In this document: positions 36,210 through 50,000 of the stretch, one piece after another
Position numbering within the stretch: position 1 is the stretch's first letter
Layout: each line of letters begins with the position of its first letter
Translations under genes and position numbers: made by a program
The notes under the pieces: model-generated
Database searches by the model: none
What the model saw: the letters and a program-made list of their open reading frames with translations, nothing else
Told to the model about the DNA's origin: nothing
Source of the DNA: Carcharhinus amblyrhynchos
Taxonomy: Eukaryota
NCBI GenBank assembly: GCA_965287045.1
Contig: OZ336889.1
Coordinates: 44,578,001-44,642,000, forward strand
Direction of reading: 5' to 3'
DNA length: 64,000 nucleotides

Positions 36210-39200
36210 GTAAGTAAATCACTTAACTCTCCTCTAACATTTGTGACGCTTTCTAAATAACAAAATGTACTTGGAAACGGTCGGATAGGTTGACTGGATT
36301 CGTGCAAATCAAAATGATTGCTCCTAAAATATTGTTATGGGGGATCTTTGATTCAGCAGCAAATGATATTGCAGTGATAGCTGGGCTCAGAACTTCGGCG
36401 ATTTTCTGGAGTGTGTGCAGTTATATGATAGGGTAAAGGGGCATTTTAATTACGAGTGAAGCTCATTTCACTGGAAGCTTCCGGTCTGACCTGCTGGGAA
36501 CGTGCAGAATTTTGAACCATCTGATCCAGCCGGCAGTGCGAGGAGTTGATTGAGAATGCGATTGCTAGAAAGATGGAATGTTTCCCTTCGCTTAGCCAGT
36601 GTTAGGAGTGGAGTGCCCGAGCTGTATGAACACTGCGAGCGGAACTATAATTAGCAAGTCAATAGACATTTCAAAAGTGAAAAAACAGGCATGCAAATGA
36701 GCTAAATGGGGAAGTTTGTACAAGCTACAATCGGCCACCTAGTGTGGTCTCTTATTCCATGATTGTATGAAGGGACACATTGGTTCAGGCTCTTTCATAC
36801 GCTGCCCCTGTAGTCTGGTTTAAAGGGTTAGAATTGCATTCAAAGCGTTTACATCAGGCTGTTTCATTCCATTTAAAGCAAGATTGCATTATGATTGCGG
36901 AATTATAGTGTGGTGACTGGGTGCGACTCACTCCCACTGGTCCCCAAACTCACTGAAAACCGTTCAGTACAAGATTCTCAGCCTAATATTTTGCATTAAT
37001 CCCGGGTGTGCAAAATAACCATATTGTTGCCGGAATTCCGCCAGTCATAATCGACCCTGATTGTTACTGGATCACATAGTAACAAACATCAATGATGTGC
37101 GGAATATTTGATTTCTTCGGAAATTACGGTTCATTTTCTTCCCATCCAATCAGTTGTTTTGGAATGTCCCGGAATAAGGTTGTCAGGTTTTTGAGTATTG
37201 TTGTGGACTCGTTCAGATTGTTGTTGGTTCTCTGAGTGTCAGTTCGTAGTAATAGAACAAAAGATGGAGATTACTGCCAATATTGATTCATGGGATGTGA
37301 TCAGAAAGGTAACATTCATTTCACCACCCCCATCTCCCACGCCTATCATCCACGGATACAGTGACGGTGAGCCGCATTATCAAACCGATGTCGTCCATGT
37401 GTCATAGGTACACCGCAGAGCTGTTAGGAAGGGAGTTAAGAGGTTTTGGCCAGGCGACAGTGAAGGAAAGGCGGTACAGTTCTACTTTGGTATGCTGTGT
37501 GGCTTGTTGGGGGTTTGCCACCTGGTGTTGTAGCCGTGCATCTGGTGCCCGTGTGTTCGTCCAGTGGAAGACATGGCTGGTTTGGAAGCTGTTGTCGGAG
37601 TTCCGGCAGTGTACCTTATAGATATCCACACTGTAGCGCCTGTACGTCAATGAGGGAGAAAAGCAATATAATATATTCGCAAAATCATAGAATGGTATAT
37701 CTTTGGAAAATTGTTGCAGTCTAGTTGGCCAATCGTGTCTGCACTGGTTCACAAGGAACAATCTAACATTTATTCATTAGCCTTTAAATTACACATTCTA
37801 TGTTCGTTTAAGTGTCCATTAATTTGCCAATAACAGCCTCTCCGGCAGTAGGTTCCACATCCCCAAACCCTCTGCGTGAAACGATTCCTTTCCAATCTCC
37901 GCGAAACCTTCTACTTCTAACGACAAATCCAAGTCCTGTTCTTATCGACCCCTCAACCATTGGCAATACTGTTTTCCGGTCCATTCTGCCCAGACACCTC
38001 AGAATATTATGCCTTCAATTGGGTTTATTTTCAGCCTCGTCTGTTCCGAAGAAAAGGGACAATTCAATACTTACTTATAACTAAATATTCCATTCCAGCC
38101 GACATCCCTCTAGATCTTCCTGTACTCGTTCTCGTACAATTACATTTTTCCTATGCATCTTTCCAGCAGTTTCAGCATAACCTCAAAGTTCTAACAATCT
38201 CTACCTCAGCTTATAAATGTAAATGCCTCCTATGCCTTCTTTGCTACTATATCCAGTTGCTCAGCCGCCTTCAGAATCTGTGGACCTGCGTTTTCTGTTC
38301 ACTAATTTTCTCTACATTTCTCGGCATTTTCCCATCTGTACAGTGTACTCGCTTGTCTTGTTGGTTTTCCTGAAGTGCAGTTCCTCACACTTTTCGGCAT
38401 TTAATTCCATTTGTCGCCGGTGCACTAATCTAACTAGTCCATTGTCTTCCTGCATTATCCAGCTTTCTTGTTCGCAACCACACTGCCAAATTTGTATCAC
38501 CGAACAACAATCATACAGGCACTCATTGATATACGGACCCTTTGTTCCCTGCCACTGAGCCAATTTCGGATCCAACCTGTTCATCCTATGTGTGAACTTA
38601 ACAAGGGCCTTGTTAAAATCCATGTAGACTACGCGAAAAATATTGCCGTCATTCACCGCTTCATACTACCTGCTCAAAAATACCAATTAACGCTTTGGGG
38701 TGAGATTTACCGGCAGCAAAGCCGTGATCGCTATATTTGATTATGCCGCGTTTATTCCATTAGTTCTCCCTTCACTGAGGTTAAGTTCACTGGCCTATAA
38801 TTATGCCACCCCCCTTTCGCCCTTTGACAATTTCATCTCTCTTCCTGCCTCCGAGAGTCAAACCTGCTCCGGGCCCGATTGGAAAACTGTGGTCAGGGTC
38901 TCTTCCCTTCTCAATCTTACTTTCCCTTTTTTATTACTTGCTTCTTCAAGTCATTTGTTTACTGGGCGATAGATACTACGGTGAAATGGACCAGCATGAG
39001 GCAAAAAGGGAAAAAATGCTTTTGAATATTTGAGTTGTTACTTTAAGAAATCAGATCTGGTGAAAATGCCGGTGTAAAAATAATTCACTTAAGTCCACTA
39101 AATAGAAGTCGATCTTCACACTTGCTCATCGGTGCAAACATTTGAGATTATCCAGCGAAACTCTCGGGGGCGCAGGAAGAAGATACCAGTTTTGAAATAA

Positions 39201-40546
39201 GGACTTGCGGCATTTGTCTGCCGACTCAATTTCAACATCCAAATTACATTCCAACAAAAATATAAGACCAATTTCTAGCTCCAAAGACAATCGATTTTTT
39301 ACCGACAGCGACAAAACCCATATTGCTGTTGTCGCCGACATAATACCTCAATGTCAGGGCGAATTGTAAAAGGTTAGCCTGATACTTTTAGTTTGAAATG
39401 GATATTTATTTCTGAACCCTTTCTTCGAAGCCTCACAATATATTAACGTATTTACTGAGCGTTTCCCCATTGACTGTGATAGATGGTAACTTAAGCGGTA
39501 AATGGTCACTTAAAGAGACAAGATTCTGACACAACGCCCTTTCAGCTTTGCGAATATCGACTAATGTCAAAGGAACGAACATGCAAACCTGCATTGACTT
39601 AGCGCCGACCACGGCCTCAGAACATCCTCACAATTAAGTGTGAAGTAGAATCATTCTTCCAATGTCAGAATCATGGTTCCCTACTTAAGCACATAAAGAT
39701 CTCACAGTCCATCTGCTTTGACGACAAGGTGTGAGAGATAAATAATTATGAGGACATGTTTGGTTTATTACTGGCCTTTTGAGGGTGTCATTAAGTTATG
39801 TTGTTATATATTAGAATTGTTTACAATATTTATTAGAAACTCTTCCTCTTAGCTGCAACAAATCGTTTGTGACACTCCACTCCGAAAAAAATGTCTCCAA
39901 ATATTTCCATTGCGACAGGGAGATATTTGTTAAGATTTACGCAACACCGTCACTGTTGGTCTGGGCGGGACACGGGGTGAAGCCGTGACAAAGAATGTTC
40001 ACAAACTCAAATATCAGTCCAGTCTGTTGGACTTGCGTCAGAGAAGTAAACGGTGACAGAAGCAAACAATCGATTTCATTGTTTAGAATCGAGGTTTTGG
40101 AGTTGCAAACTACAGAAATGTAGCCGTCAGCATAGGTTCCAATATTGACCCCAAATTCTGAGTGATTAGTGTTATTCTGAAATTCTCAGTGTTCGCGACA
40201 TTGGCTCGGGCTGCGTTGCCTCAGATCACAAGTGGGTGCATTGAATCTCCCTTCCTATTTTTCTCTTTAATATTTCAAACTCCACTATTTCCTTTAGATC
40301 AGATTTTATTTGTATGTTCCTGTCCTTGCAGGGAAAAAAGAAAAACCTTCTCAGGTTGTATATGTTCCAGAAACCAGAGTCCCGCCTTTTTGCATTTGGC
40401 ATCAATAAGACTCCAATGTATAAAATCTATACATTCTTGTAGAATAATACCGACTTAAAAAAAAACAATTTGAAGAAGGTGGAACAATGATTCAGTCATT
40501 TATGCTGATTTTTAATGGATGTGCGATCCTTGTCTCTACTTTCCAG

Positions 40547-40869
40547 GTCCACGGAGCCCCACTGTGTCTCTCCTTCCGCCTTCGTCGGATCAAATCACAG
40601 CGAAGAACATGGCGACCCTGGTGTGTTTGGTGAGCGGTTTCAACCCGGGAGCTGCGGAGATTGAATGGACTGTAGATGGCAGCGTCAGAGGGAATGGGGT
40701 TGAGACCAGTCGGATCCAGCAGGAGGCGGACAACACGTTCAGTGTGAGCAGTTATCTGACTCTGTCAGCCTCAGACTGGAACTCACACGAGCTTTACTCC
40801 TGTGTGGTTAAACACGAGACTCAAGCAAACCCGCTTCAAACAAGCATCTCCAGATCCAGCTGTATGTGA
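40547..40869 (+). CDS. IGLC: Ig light-chain constant exon C3 (gene B)
   Basis: Protein identical to C1; one silent difference seen (gtc/gta). Confidence 0.96.
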
Positions 40870-41063
40870 TACATGCATCTAAAGCGTTTTTGTGTTTTGC
40901 CGTTAGTAAAGTTTTATTTCTAAATAAATTCGGCAAATAGTGGAACATTTCAAACAGTTCATCGCAGTTTGTAGCAGATCGGCTGATTCCCTTAATTTCA
41001 ATTTAACTGTGTTCACTCTGAATGGATCAAAGCTTCAGTGTAATGTCATTGACACCGTTGTGT

Positions 41064-41069
41064 AATAAA
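41064..41069 (+). terminator. Polyadenylation signal of C3 (additional AATAAA at 40923-40928)
   Basis: AATAAA homologous to 4686-4691. Confidence 0.7.
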
Positions 41070-44000
41070 ATCATTATACCGTTATCGCGACTAATGTTCT
41101 CTTATTCTCTCTCTTCCCCTGAAAAGCAATTAATGGTAACATTCTAAAGGGAATTAAATAGTTAGATTATATCACTGTGATATTCTGCACATTTTATTTA
41201 AAGTCAGTGACATCCAGGCGCAACATGGAGACGATGGATGACATTAAATTGAAGTAATATTGCAATATTTTTTAATGGACTGAGTTACATTCTGGTATTG
41301 TGATGAAAGGGCTGAACTGCGAGTACAGATTACAAAAGTACATTAAAGGGCAGACAGTTCTTAACCACCTGGTTCCAAAAATTCAGGGCAAACTCTGTCA
41401 CTGCCCCATTTTTTAATACACCAGATGCAATGCAAGTTCTGGAACAGCTGGCCACTTTTTAGTAAGCTCACCGATTATTTTAAAGTCGATAGGTCACCCC
41501 TTTGATACATCGTTGTTTTATTTCTTCAGTTAGATTTGGGATTGCAAGACATAAATTGTTAAAAGTAGCAAGAAGTTGCGCAGTTGGTAAAAAGTGCAAA
41601 AAAAGGTGCTGGTACACTTACAGAAGAGCAAAATAAAACATTCGGGGATTTATTAGACTTTTATAGAATTGTACTCATCTATGGTCTACATACTTCAAAA
41701 ATGATCTTGTGGGATATGAGAAAGTGGAGGAACTATTTGCCAGATTTTTACTAGAATTGGGGCTATGTACCTTTCAGGGAAATGAATATGTTGAGCTGTT
41801 TTCGCTGAGGAGAGGATGCGGAGGTGTAATAGGCGGCTTTAATGTTAGGAAAAGTTGTGATACGGCAACACAGAGAAAGATTTCCAAGTGTGAGTTAGTC
41901 TGAAACAGTGAGACATAAAAGAGACGCAGCGACAGAACGAATGAATAATTTATTTGAATGTATAGGTCGGGAATTTGCTGTGGGCCGGAGAAAGTACAAG
42001 TATTTGTTCTCTGATTGGCTGAATAAGACAATATAGATTCCTGAGGATCATTTATCACATCACGGAAACCCTACAGCACAGAAAGAGGCCATTCCGCCCA
42101 TCGAGTTTGCACCAACCGCAATCCCACCCAGGCCCTACCCCTATATCACTACATATTTTACCCCCTAGTTTGTCTAACCTACCCATCCCAGGACACAGAG
42201 AGGCTATTTTAAACATGGCCAATGGAACTAACCCGCATTGGGTTTAAAAATGGGCAAGTCACGTTGCGGCTTTATTGAACGTTAGTTAGGCCACACTTGA
42301 AATATCCTGTTCAATTCTGGTCACCACACTACCAGAAGGACATGGAGGATTTGGAGAGGGTACAAAAAATTTCCCGGAACGTTGCCTGGGATGGAGCGCA
42401 TGAGCTTTGAGGAGAGCTTGGAGAAACTTGGTTTGTTCTCACTGGAAAGACGGAGGTTGAGGGATGACCTGATAGAAGAGTCCGAGGGGCATGGACTGCG
42501 CGGATCATCAGATGCCTTTTCCCAGGGTGGAAGAGTCAATTACTAGGGGACACATGTTTAAGATTCGACGAGCAAGGATTAAAGGAGATGTACGAGGCTG
42601 AATTTTCACACAGACGGTGATGGGTGCCTGGAACTCGTTGTTCCGGGAGGTAGGGGAAGCAGATACGATAGTAACTTTTACGAAGCGTCTTGTCAAACAC
42701 ATTGATAGAACGGGATGGGAGGGATATGGTCCCTGGAGGGTAGGGGGTTTTAGATCAGTCGAGTAGCATGGTCGGTGCAGGCTTGGAGGGCCGAAGGACT
42801 GTTCCTATGAGGCAATTTTGTTTGTTTTTTGCTCTAATAATAGAATCCAGAAAACATAGGGAATACACTTTTCATCGAGGGAAGTTATTTCGGAGTGAAA
42901 TGAAGAAACACTGCTTCGCATGCATCATAGTTGACTCGGACGTTTTTCTCATATATCCCCTCATTTCGGTCATAACTCATTTTATTCATTAGACCCATGT
43001 AGACCATGTTTCCACCCAATTACTGACCATCGAACTTTGTTTTTTTTTGCTCCCACTTTCTTTGCTGTCACTAACTGCCATCCCTCCTCAGATATTGTTC
43101 TACTTTCACACCGATTACAATCAAACTTCTCCTTGAAACGAGACTTGTTCATCTTTCCTTGTAAGCTACTACCGATGTTCAGTTAACATTTCCTCTCTAA
43201 ACTACTTGAAGATATTACCAACCCCAAATCCATAATATTGTTCCAACAATTCCAGCATTGAATCCCCACAATCGCGTTTCTGTTTCTGCCACAATACTGA
43301 TATGTCCCTTATCAAAGTTACATTCTATTCAACTGTAACGATAGCAAACTATTTCTGGATTTTTTTTTTCAGTTTTAAAGGTTTAGTTTGCAGTTTCTTC
43401 ATCATTGCCACAAATAGACTTCCAGCTATCGGTTGTAATCCAAACTGCAATTACTGTAATGAAGTTACTGTGAAAACGTCCGAGTCGCCACACCCCGGCA
43501 CCTGGACGGGTGCAATGAGAGAGAATTTAGCATCGCCAAAGCACCTAATCAGCCCATCTTTCGGACTGTGGGAGGCAACGGAGCACCCACACAGATATGG
43601 GAAGAACGTGCAGACTGTGACCCAAGCCGGGCATTGAAACCGGGTTCTTGGCGCTGTGAGGCAGAAGTTCTAACCGCCGTGACGCCCTACTGCTTATTCT
43701 TTTTGTATTGGCGTCGGTCTTTGACACGATTCCACACACGATCCAACAATTCTCCATCGTTAATCAGTTGCTTGGACCTCTGCTCATGATCTGGTTCCAT
43801 TATTATTTATCAGATAATATCCACAGATTGTCTAGAATAGCTTCTCTTCCTGCTCCCATGCCAGCAACTCAGCAATATGTCCCTGGCCCCATTCTTTTTC
43901 CCATCCACATGCTCCCCCTTGTCGGTGTCATCTGAAAGCACACAGACTTTTTATGCACTCTGAAAGCACGTAGCTATATCTCACCATCGCCTCACTGAAC

Positions 44001-47000
44001 ATTTCTATTGCGATGATCAGAATTCTCCTCCAACTATTGGGAAGAATAAATTCGTTGCGCGGCGAGGGCCCCTTTGAGCCTATTGAGCCTCTTAAGTGAC
44101 CTATTATGAATCAGTCAAGTGCTTCATCCTGTCCGCACTGCAGTTATTGAAAGAGATATCCAACTAATCGCGCTCCAGAGCTCGATTAGCATTTCATGCA
44201 GGCATCGGTTTCATTCATCTATCCGATCTTCATCCTGAAGTTAGAATTGGATCGGTTTCCTGTGCTCTTCCAGTGAAATTCAGATCAACAAAACTCATTG
44301 CATATATTTTCATCCGGCACCTTTGGAGACGCAATTTTCACTCTGTTTCTGTCTGCACAGGTGCTTCCAGGCCAGCTGATTTGTTTCCCGAATATTCTGG
44401 GGTTTTTTAGCTACTCTTGCCTTTGGCACTTTGGCACAGTGCTTACCATTGCGAATTCTCCCTTAGTGTACCCAAACAGGTGCCGGAGTGTAGCGACTTG
44501 GGGATTTGACAATAATTTTATTGCGGTGTTAATGTACGCCTATTCGTGCCACTAACACATCAATTTCAAACTGTAAAGTTAAACGATAAAAAAACTTCAA
44601 AGAGTGGGCTTGAGTCTGGGGAATTTGTGGCGAACAAAAAGATTGCAGATGAAGAGAACAGACATTTTGCTTTAGTTTTCATTGTAGAGGATACAAGTTG
44701 TCCCGTAGAACTAGCTGTAGAGCAGGAAATTAGAATGACATTAAGAACGTTATTGAAAATGTCAGTTGCTAAGTCCTCAGATCCTGATGGCTTTCACCGA
44801 AGGTCTTAGAAGAAGTGACAAATGAGACAATTGATAGGCTGGTAGTAATGTTGCAAAATTGCCCAGATTCTGGGAAGTGTTCGTTAGATTGGGAAAAGCG
44901 ACGGTAGCACCTTAATGCAATAGGAAAGAACGACCTATAGCAGGAAACAACATATGTTAGCTGAACAACACCAGTTAGCTGAACATGTGACATATAAGGA
45001 AAATGTTAGCAGCGGTTATTAAGATTTGATAGCAGGGCACATAAGTAGAACACGATAATCAGATAGAGCCAACACAGTTTTGTCAAAGGGAAGTCATGTT
45101 CAATCAATTTACTGGAGTGATTTGAAGAAGTGACGTGCTGTGGATTAAGGGGAGCGGGTGGATGTACTGTGTTTTCCAGTAAGGATTTGATAAGATGTCA
45201 CAGCAAAGACTATTGCTGAAAATGAGAGTTTATCGTGTGGGAGCATGGACAGAAAATTTACGAGCGAATAGGAAGTAGAGAGTAGGGAAAAGGGACAATT
45301 TTGTGATTCGCACGATGTCTGGAGTGATGTGCTACACTGATCAGTGCTGTGGCCTCAACTCTTTACAATATATATAAATAATGGTATGTTTTCAGTATGG
45401 TACCAGGTATGTTCTTGCTTTCTACTGCGTTTTACATACGCTCTGTTATTCGCCTTTCTTCCCCCAAATTCCTTCACTCCTGGCCTCTAATTCTCATCTG
45501 TAAATACCTCCGTAAATGAAAACAAATTTTGCGCCACTGCCGCTTTGGCCTTACTTCACTGCTGCTTTTGGAACGAGTTCAGGTGAACGGGCTTTTCTGT
45601 GACACGTAAACCAATCTGGTCAGGAGGTTCATCATCAATACCACTGCTAACAGCGTGTCACCAATATGACTGGTCATGTATTGTGCACATGTTTCCTAAT
45701 AGCACAAATGTTTTTGATTTGATATGATTTGATTTCTCACTGTTTTAGATAACAGTATACAGTGACAAGTATTCTTTCTTACACGTTTTACCGACAAAGC
45801 ATACCGTTCATAGAGAAGGAAAAGAGCGAGTGCAGAATGCAGTGTAACAGTCACATCTAGGGTATGGAGAAACATCAACTCAATGCGAGTTAGGTCCACT
45901 CAAAAGTCCGAGGGCAGCAGGAAAGAAGGTGTTCTTAATTTGGTTGGTTCGTGTCCTCAGACTTCATCTTTTTAGCGATGGAGTCACATATGTACTGAGT
46001 AAGGATGCCAGATTTCCTGCCGGGAATGATTTTAATGAACGAATGTCTTTTTTCAGCAATTCAGTAGTTTCATGGTTAGCATGATAATAACTGATTTTGT
46101 TCAAGATTTATTGCCAGATACCATGATGTGATTTAGTATCATTGCTTGTTCCAGGACTCTGCAATACTCATCCGGCAATTAGTCGCCGGTCTTTGGCGTC
46201 CGGCACGCTTTACAGTGTTAGTTCCTGCTCCCTTGTTTGAGGCTAGGCGTGCACCTGTCTTCGAAGCGTTTGAAATGCATCATAAACGTACGGATCGGAT
46301 TTAAGCTTAATTTAATAGAGACTGAGCACTGTTTCGCCGAACACGACAGTGCGAATAACCCTTCTACAGAAATTGTGTTTCGCTCTTCCCAAGTACTACC
46401 AGATCTCCCGAATTTATCTTCAATTTTATGTTGTAATTGTCATTTTATTCTTCCTGCTTTCTATTGGACTTTGCACAATTGAAGAAAGAAGTCTAAAAGG
46501 AATCCCAACGAACCTTATGCAGAAATTGTGTTTCTCTCTTCAAAAGTGCTATCAGATCTCCCGAATTTATCCTAAATTTTATGTTATAATTGTCATTTCA
46601 TTCTCCCTGCTTTCTATTGGACTATGCACAATAGATGAAAGAAGTCGGAACCGAATCCCAATGAACCTGTGCGTGTTTTGCGGCTGAACCGGCAGATGGC
46701 AATATTGCAGTTGATATACCAAGGACCGTGTAGTTACATGAAGTGTAGATGGGGCGAGAAATATCTCAAAATGTCAATTCCTGGCAAAATACGTGGACAC
46801 TTGGAAAATAGGGATTCGGACATGAAAGTCGTTTTCAGAATATTCTCATTAGGTATTGCCAATTAATTTGGATGTTTAATGAGTTCCCCTTTTTAATAGT
46901 GAATGTCCATAATATCAGAAAATCCGAATGATGAGAAGCAGTAAGAACCCAGTGCCACTAAATGTGTTACTATCACTTCCTTTCCTGCGTCATTCACTAA

Positions 47001-50000
47001 AGATAATGCTGCCAGCGCCACATTAATGATCCGAACGTTCAGAAATTTGATAGGATAAAAATAGACAAAAAGGCGCGAACACGTTTCATACCATCACATG
47101 AACTGAAACGAAGATCAGGCCGAAGGTCGTGGCTGATGAGATCGTGGGCTCGACCCCACATTCGGTCTGCCCCTGTGCTCTTTGGGTCCCTTTTCAATCA
47201 GTAATCTATCGAATTCTGCATTTTTTTAATGGGATGTGGGCATCGCCGGTTCGACCAGCATTTATTCCACACCGCTAATTACCCTCGAGATGATGGTGGT
47301 GAATTGCTTTGTTGAATCAGCGCAGTCCCTGTGGTCTAAGTAAGCAATATATCCCCAGGTCAGATTGCGAATGACTTGGAGGAGAGCGCTAAGGCGGTGG
47401 TGTTCCCATGTGTCTGCTCCCCTTGTACTTCTCGACGGGAGAGGTGTGATTTTGTGAGGTGTTGCCCATAGATATTGGATGGATTTTTGCAGTACATGGT
47501 GCAGATGGTACCCACTGCTGCCACTGTTCATCGTGACGGAAGCAGTTTGTGGAAGAGGTGCCAGTCAAGTTTTCTCCTGGATGGTGTGAGCTTCTTGAAA
47601 GTTATAGAAGTTGCACTCTCCTGGCTAGTGCAAATATTCCATCACACTCCTGACTTGTGCCTCGCAGATGGTGGACAGGCTTGGGAGTAAGGAAGTGAGA
47701 CACTCGCCACAGGATTCATGCCCTCTGACCTGCTCTTGTAGCTACCATATTTAAATGTCGAGACCAGTTCAGTTTCTGGTCAATGGTCAGCCTTAGGAAG
47801 TCGACAGTGGCGGCATTACTGTTGAATGTCAAGAGACAATGATTAGTTGTTGGAGATGGCCATTTCCTGGCACTACTTTGTCCCGAAGGATACTTGCCAC
47901 TTGTCAACCCAAGCTTGGATATTGCACTGGACTTGCTGCATTTGGACATGGACGGCTTCATTCTCTGAGGGTGCAGGAATGGTACTGTACACTATGCGAT
48001 CATCCCCATTCCTGACATTATGATGCAAGGAACGTTATTGGTAGAGCAGCTGAAGATAGTTGGGCCTGGAATATCATCTTGAGAAACTCTTGCAGAGAAG
48101 TGTGCAAATTAGAGGATTGAACTCCAACCACAGCAAGACTTTTCCCTGTGCCAGGTATGACTGCAGCCAGCATAGAAATTTCCCTCTGAATCGAATTGAC
48201 TCCATTATTCCTCGAGCTCCTTAATTCCACCCGTGCTGCCTTGACGTCAAAGGCAGTCACTTCACATCTGACATTCAATTACTCTTGTCCATGTTTGACT
48301 CAAAGTTGTAATGAAGTCAGGCGCTGGGTGACTAGCGGAATCCAAACTATGTGTCAGTGAGTAGGTTCCTACTGAATTCCTGCCGTCTGATTGTGCTGTT
48401 AATGACCCCTTCCATCAACTTGCTGATGATCTGGAGGGGCCTGATGGCTGATGAATAAGGTTGGAGATGTCCTTCTTTTTGCATAGAGGACATAACTGGG
48501 CAATTTTCTGCAATGATGGGTAGATGCCAGTGTAGTAGACGCCCTTAAACAACTTGACAGGCGGGGCGGCATGGTCTGGAGCACAAGTCTTCAGGACTGT
48601 TGACAGAATATTGTTAGGGTCCAAAGCCTTTGCAGTATCCAACAGCTTTCGGACATGTCTTGGTATCACGTGGAGCGCATTGAATTGGCTGAAGCTTGAC
48701 ATCCGAGATGTTGACCATTCCTTTAGAAGGCCAAGATGTGACAGAAGATTGTTGCGAAGGCTTTAGCCTTATCTTTTCTCACTGATCATTGAGGATGGGC
48801 ACATCTGTGAAGTCTTCTCTTCCAGTGAGTTGTTTAATTATCCACTACCATTCACGATGGGATATTCCTGGTAAAGAGAGTTCCACAGACTAATGCCTTC
48901 AACGGAAAATGAAATTCTCTTCATCTCCATCTCAACTGGAAAACCTCCTATTTTAATTCATGTCCCCTCCTTCCAGTCTCCTTGGAGGTGAGGCACTTCC
49001 TCAGCATTCACCATCTCAACTTCCCTCGGGATAGTAGGTGTTTCAGCAGGATCACATTGAATTCTCCGAAACTCTAATGGGTACAAGACCCAACTCTCCA
49101 ACCGTTCCCAATATGATATCCCTTTCATCTGAAGGGGGCACCTTTCTCCGAATGTTGCTGGTGATATTGTATCCGTTCTGAGGTACCCGGGCCAACAGGA
49201 AAGTACTTTAGATGTGCTCGGGACAAAGCACGACAAATTTGTAGCGAATCTTCCCTACTTTTATATTCCATCCCACTTGCAATAGGTGATAAAATTGCGT
49301 TTGCTTTCGTAATCACTTAAAGCTTCATGCTAAAGCTTTGTGAATCACGTTCCGGGGCACCCAGATTCCCCAGTGCTGCAGATCTTTGCACTCTCATCTC
49401 CGTGTAAATAATTTGAGCTTTCCATTCTTCCTGCCAAAGTGGACCAATTCGCATTTCACCACATTATACTCCACCTGTTTCTTTTTACCACTCCCGTAGC
49501 CTATCTAAATCCTGTTGGATACCATTTTTGCTCACTTCACAATTTACTTTCCTTCCTGTATTAAAGTCGTGAGAAAAAGTTGCAATCAATCCTTCCCATC
49601 ATCCATGTCGTTTCTGTAAATTGATAACAGTTGAGGCCCCAGATGTAATCCTGTGATTCACCGCCGGCTACAGTTTTCCCCTCCCCCCCTACAAAAAAAT
49701 GGCTCAGTTACCCCACCTCTCTGTTTCTGTAAGGCAACCAGTCCTCGATTCGTGATGAATATTATCCTATACATGATGACCTCCTATTTGACATTTCATA
49801 ATGTATCTTTGAAACTGTTTCTTATTAAATACGTTTTGGAAATCCAAGTGTACAGGTTCCTCTTTATTCAACTTACTAATAAGTTGCTCCAGTAAGTATA
49901 TGAAATTAGTACAGTATGGCTTCATTTGTACAAAACCATGTTGGCTCTACATAATTGCAAGTGCCATGCGATAACCTTCTAATAATAGATTTGAGCATTT

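Larger units (their letters stand above)
17510..36376 (+). repeat. Tandem cluster unit 2; 18,867 bp including a 1.3-kb young CR1 insertion
   Basis: Colinear with unit 1; offset changes from ~17,500 to ~18,805 across 23773-25072. Confidence 0.95.
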
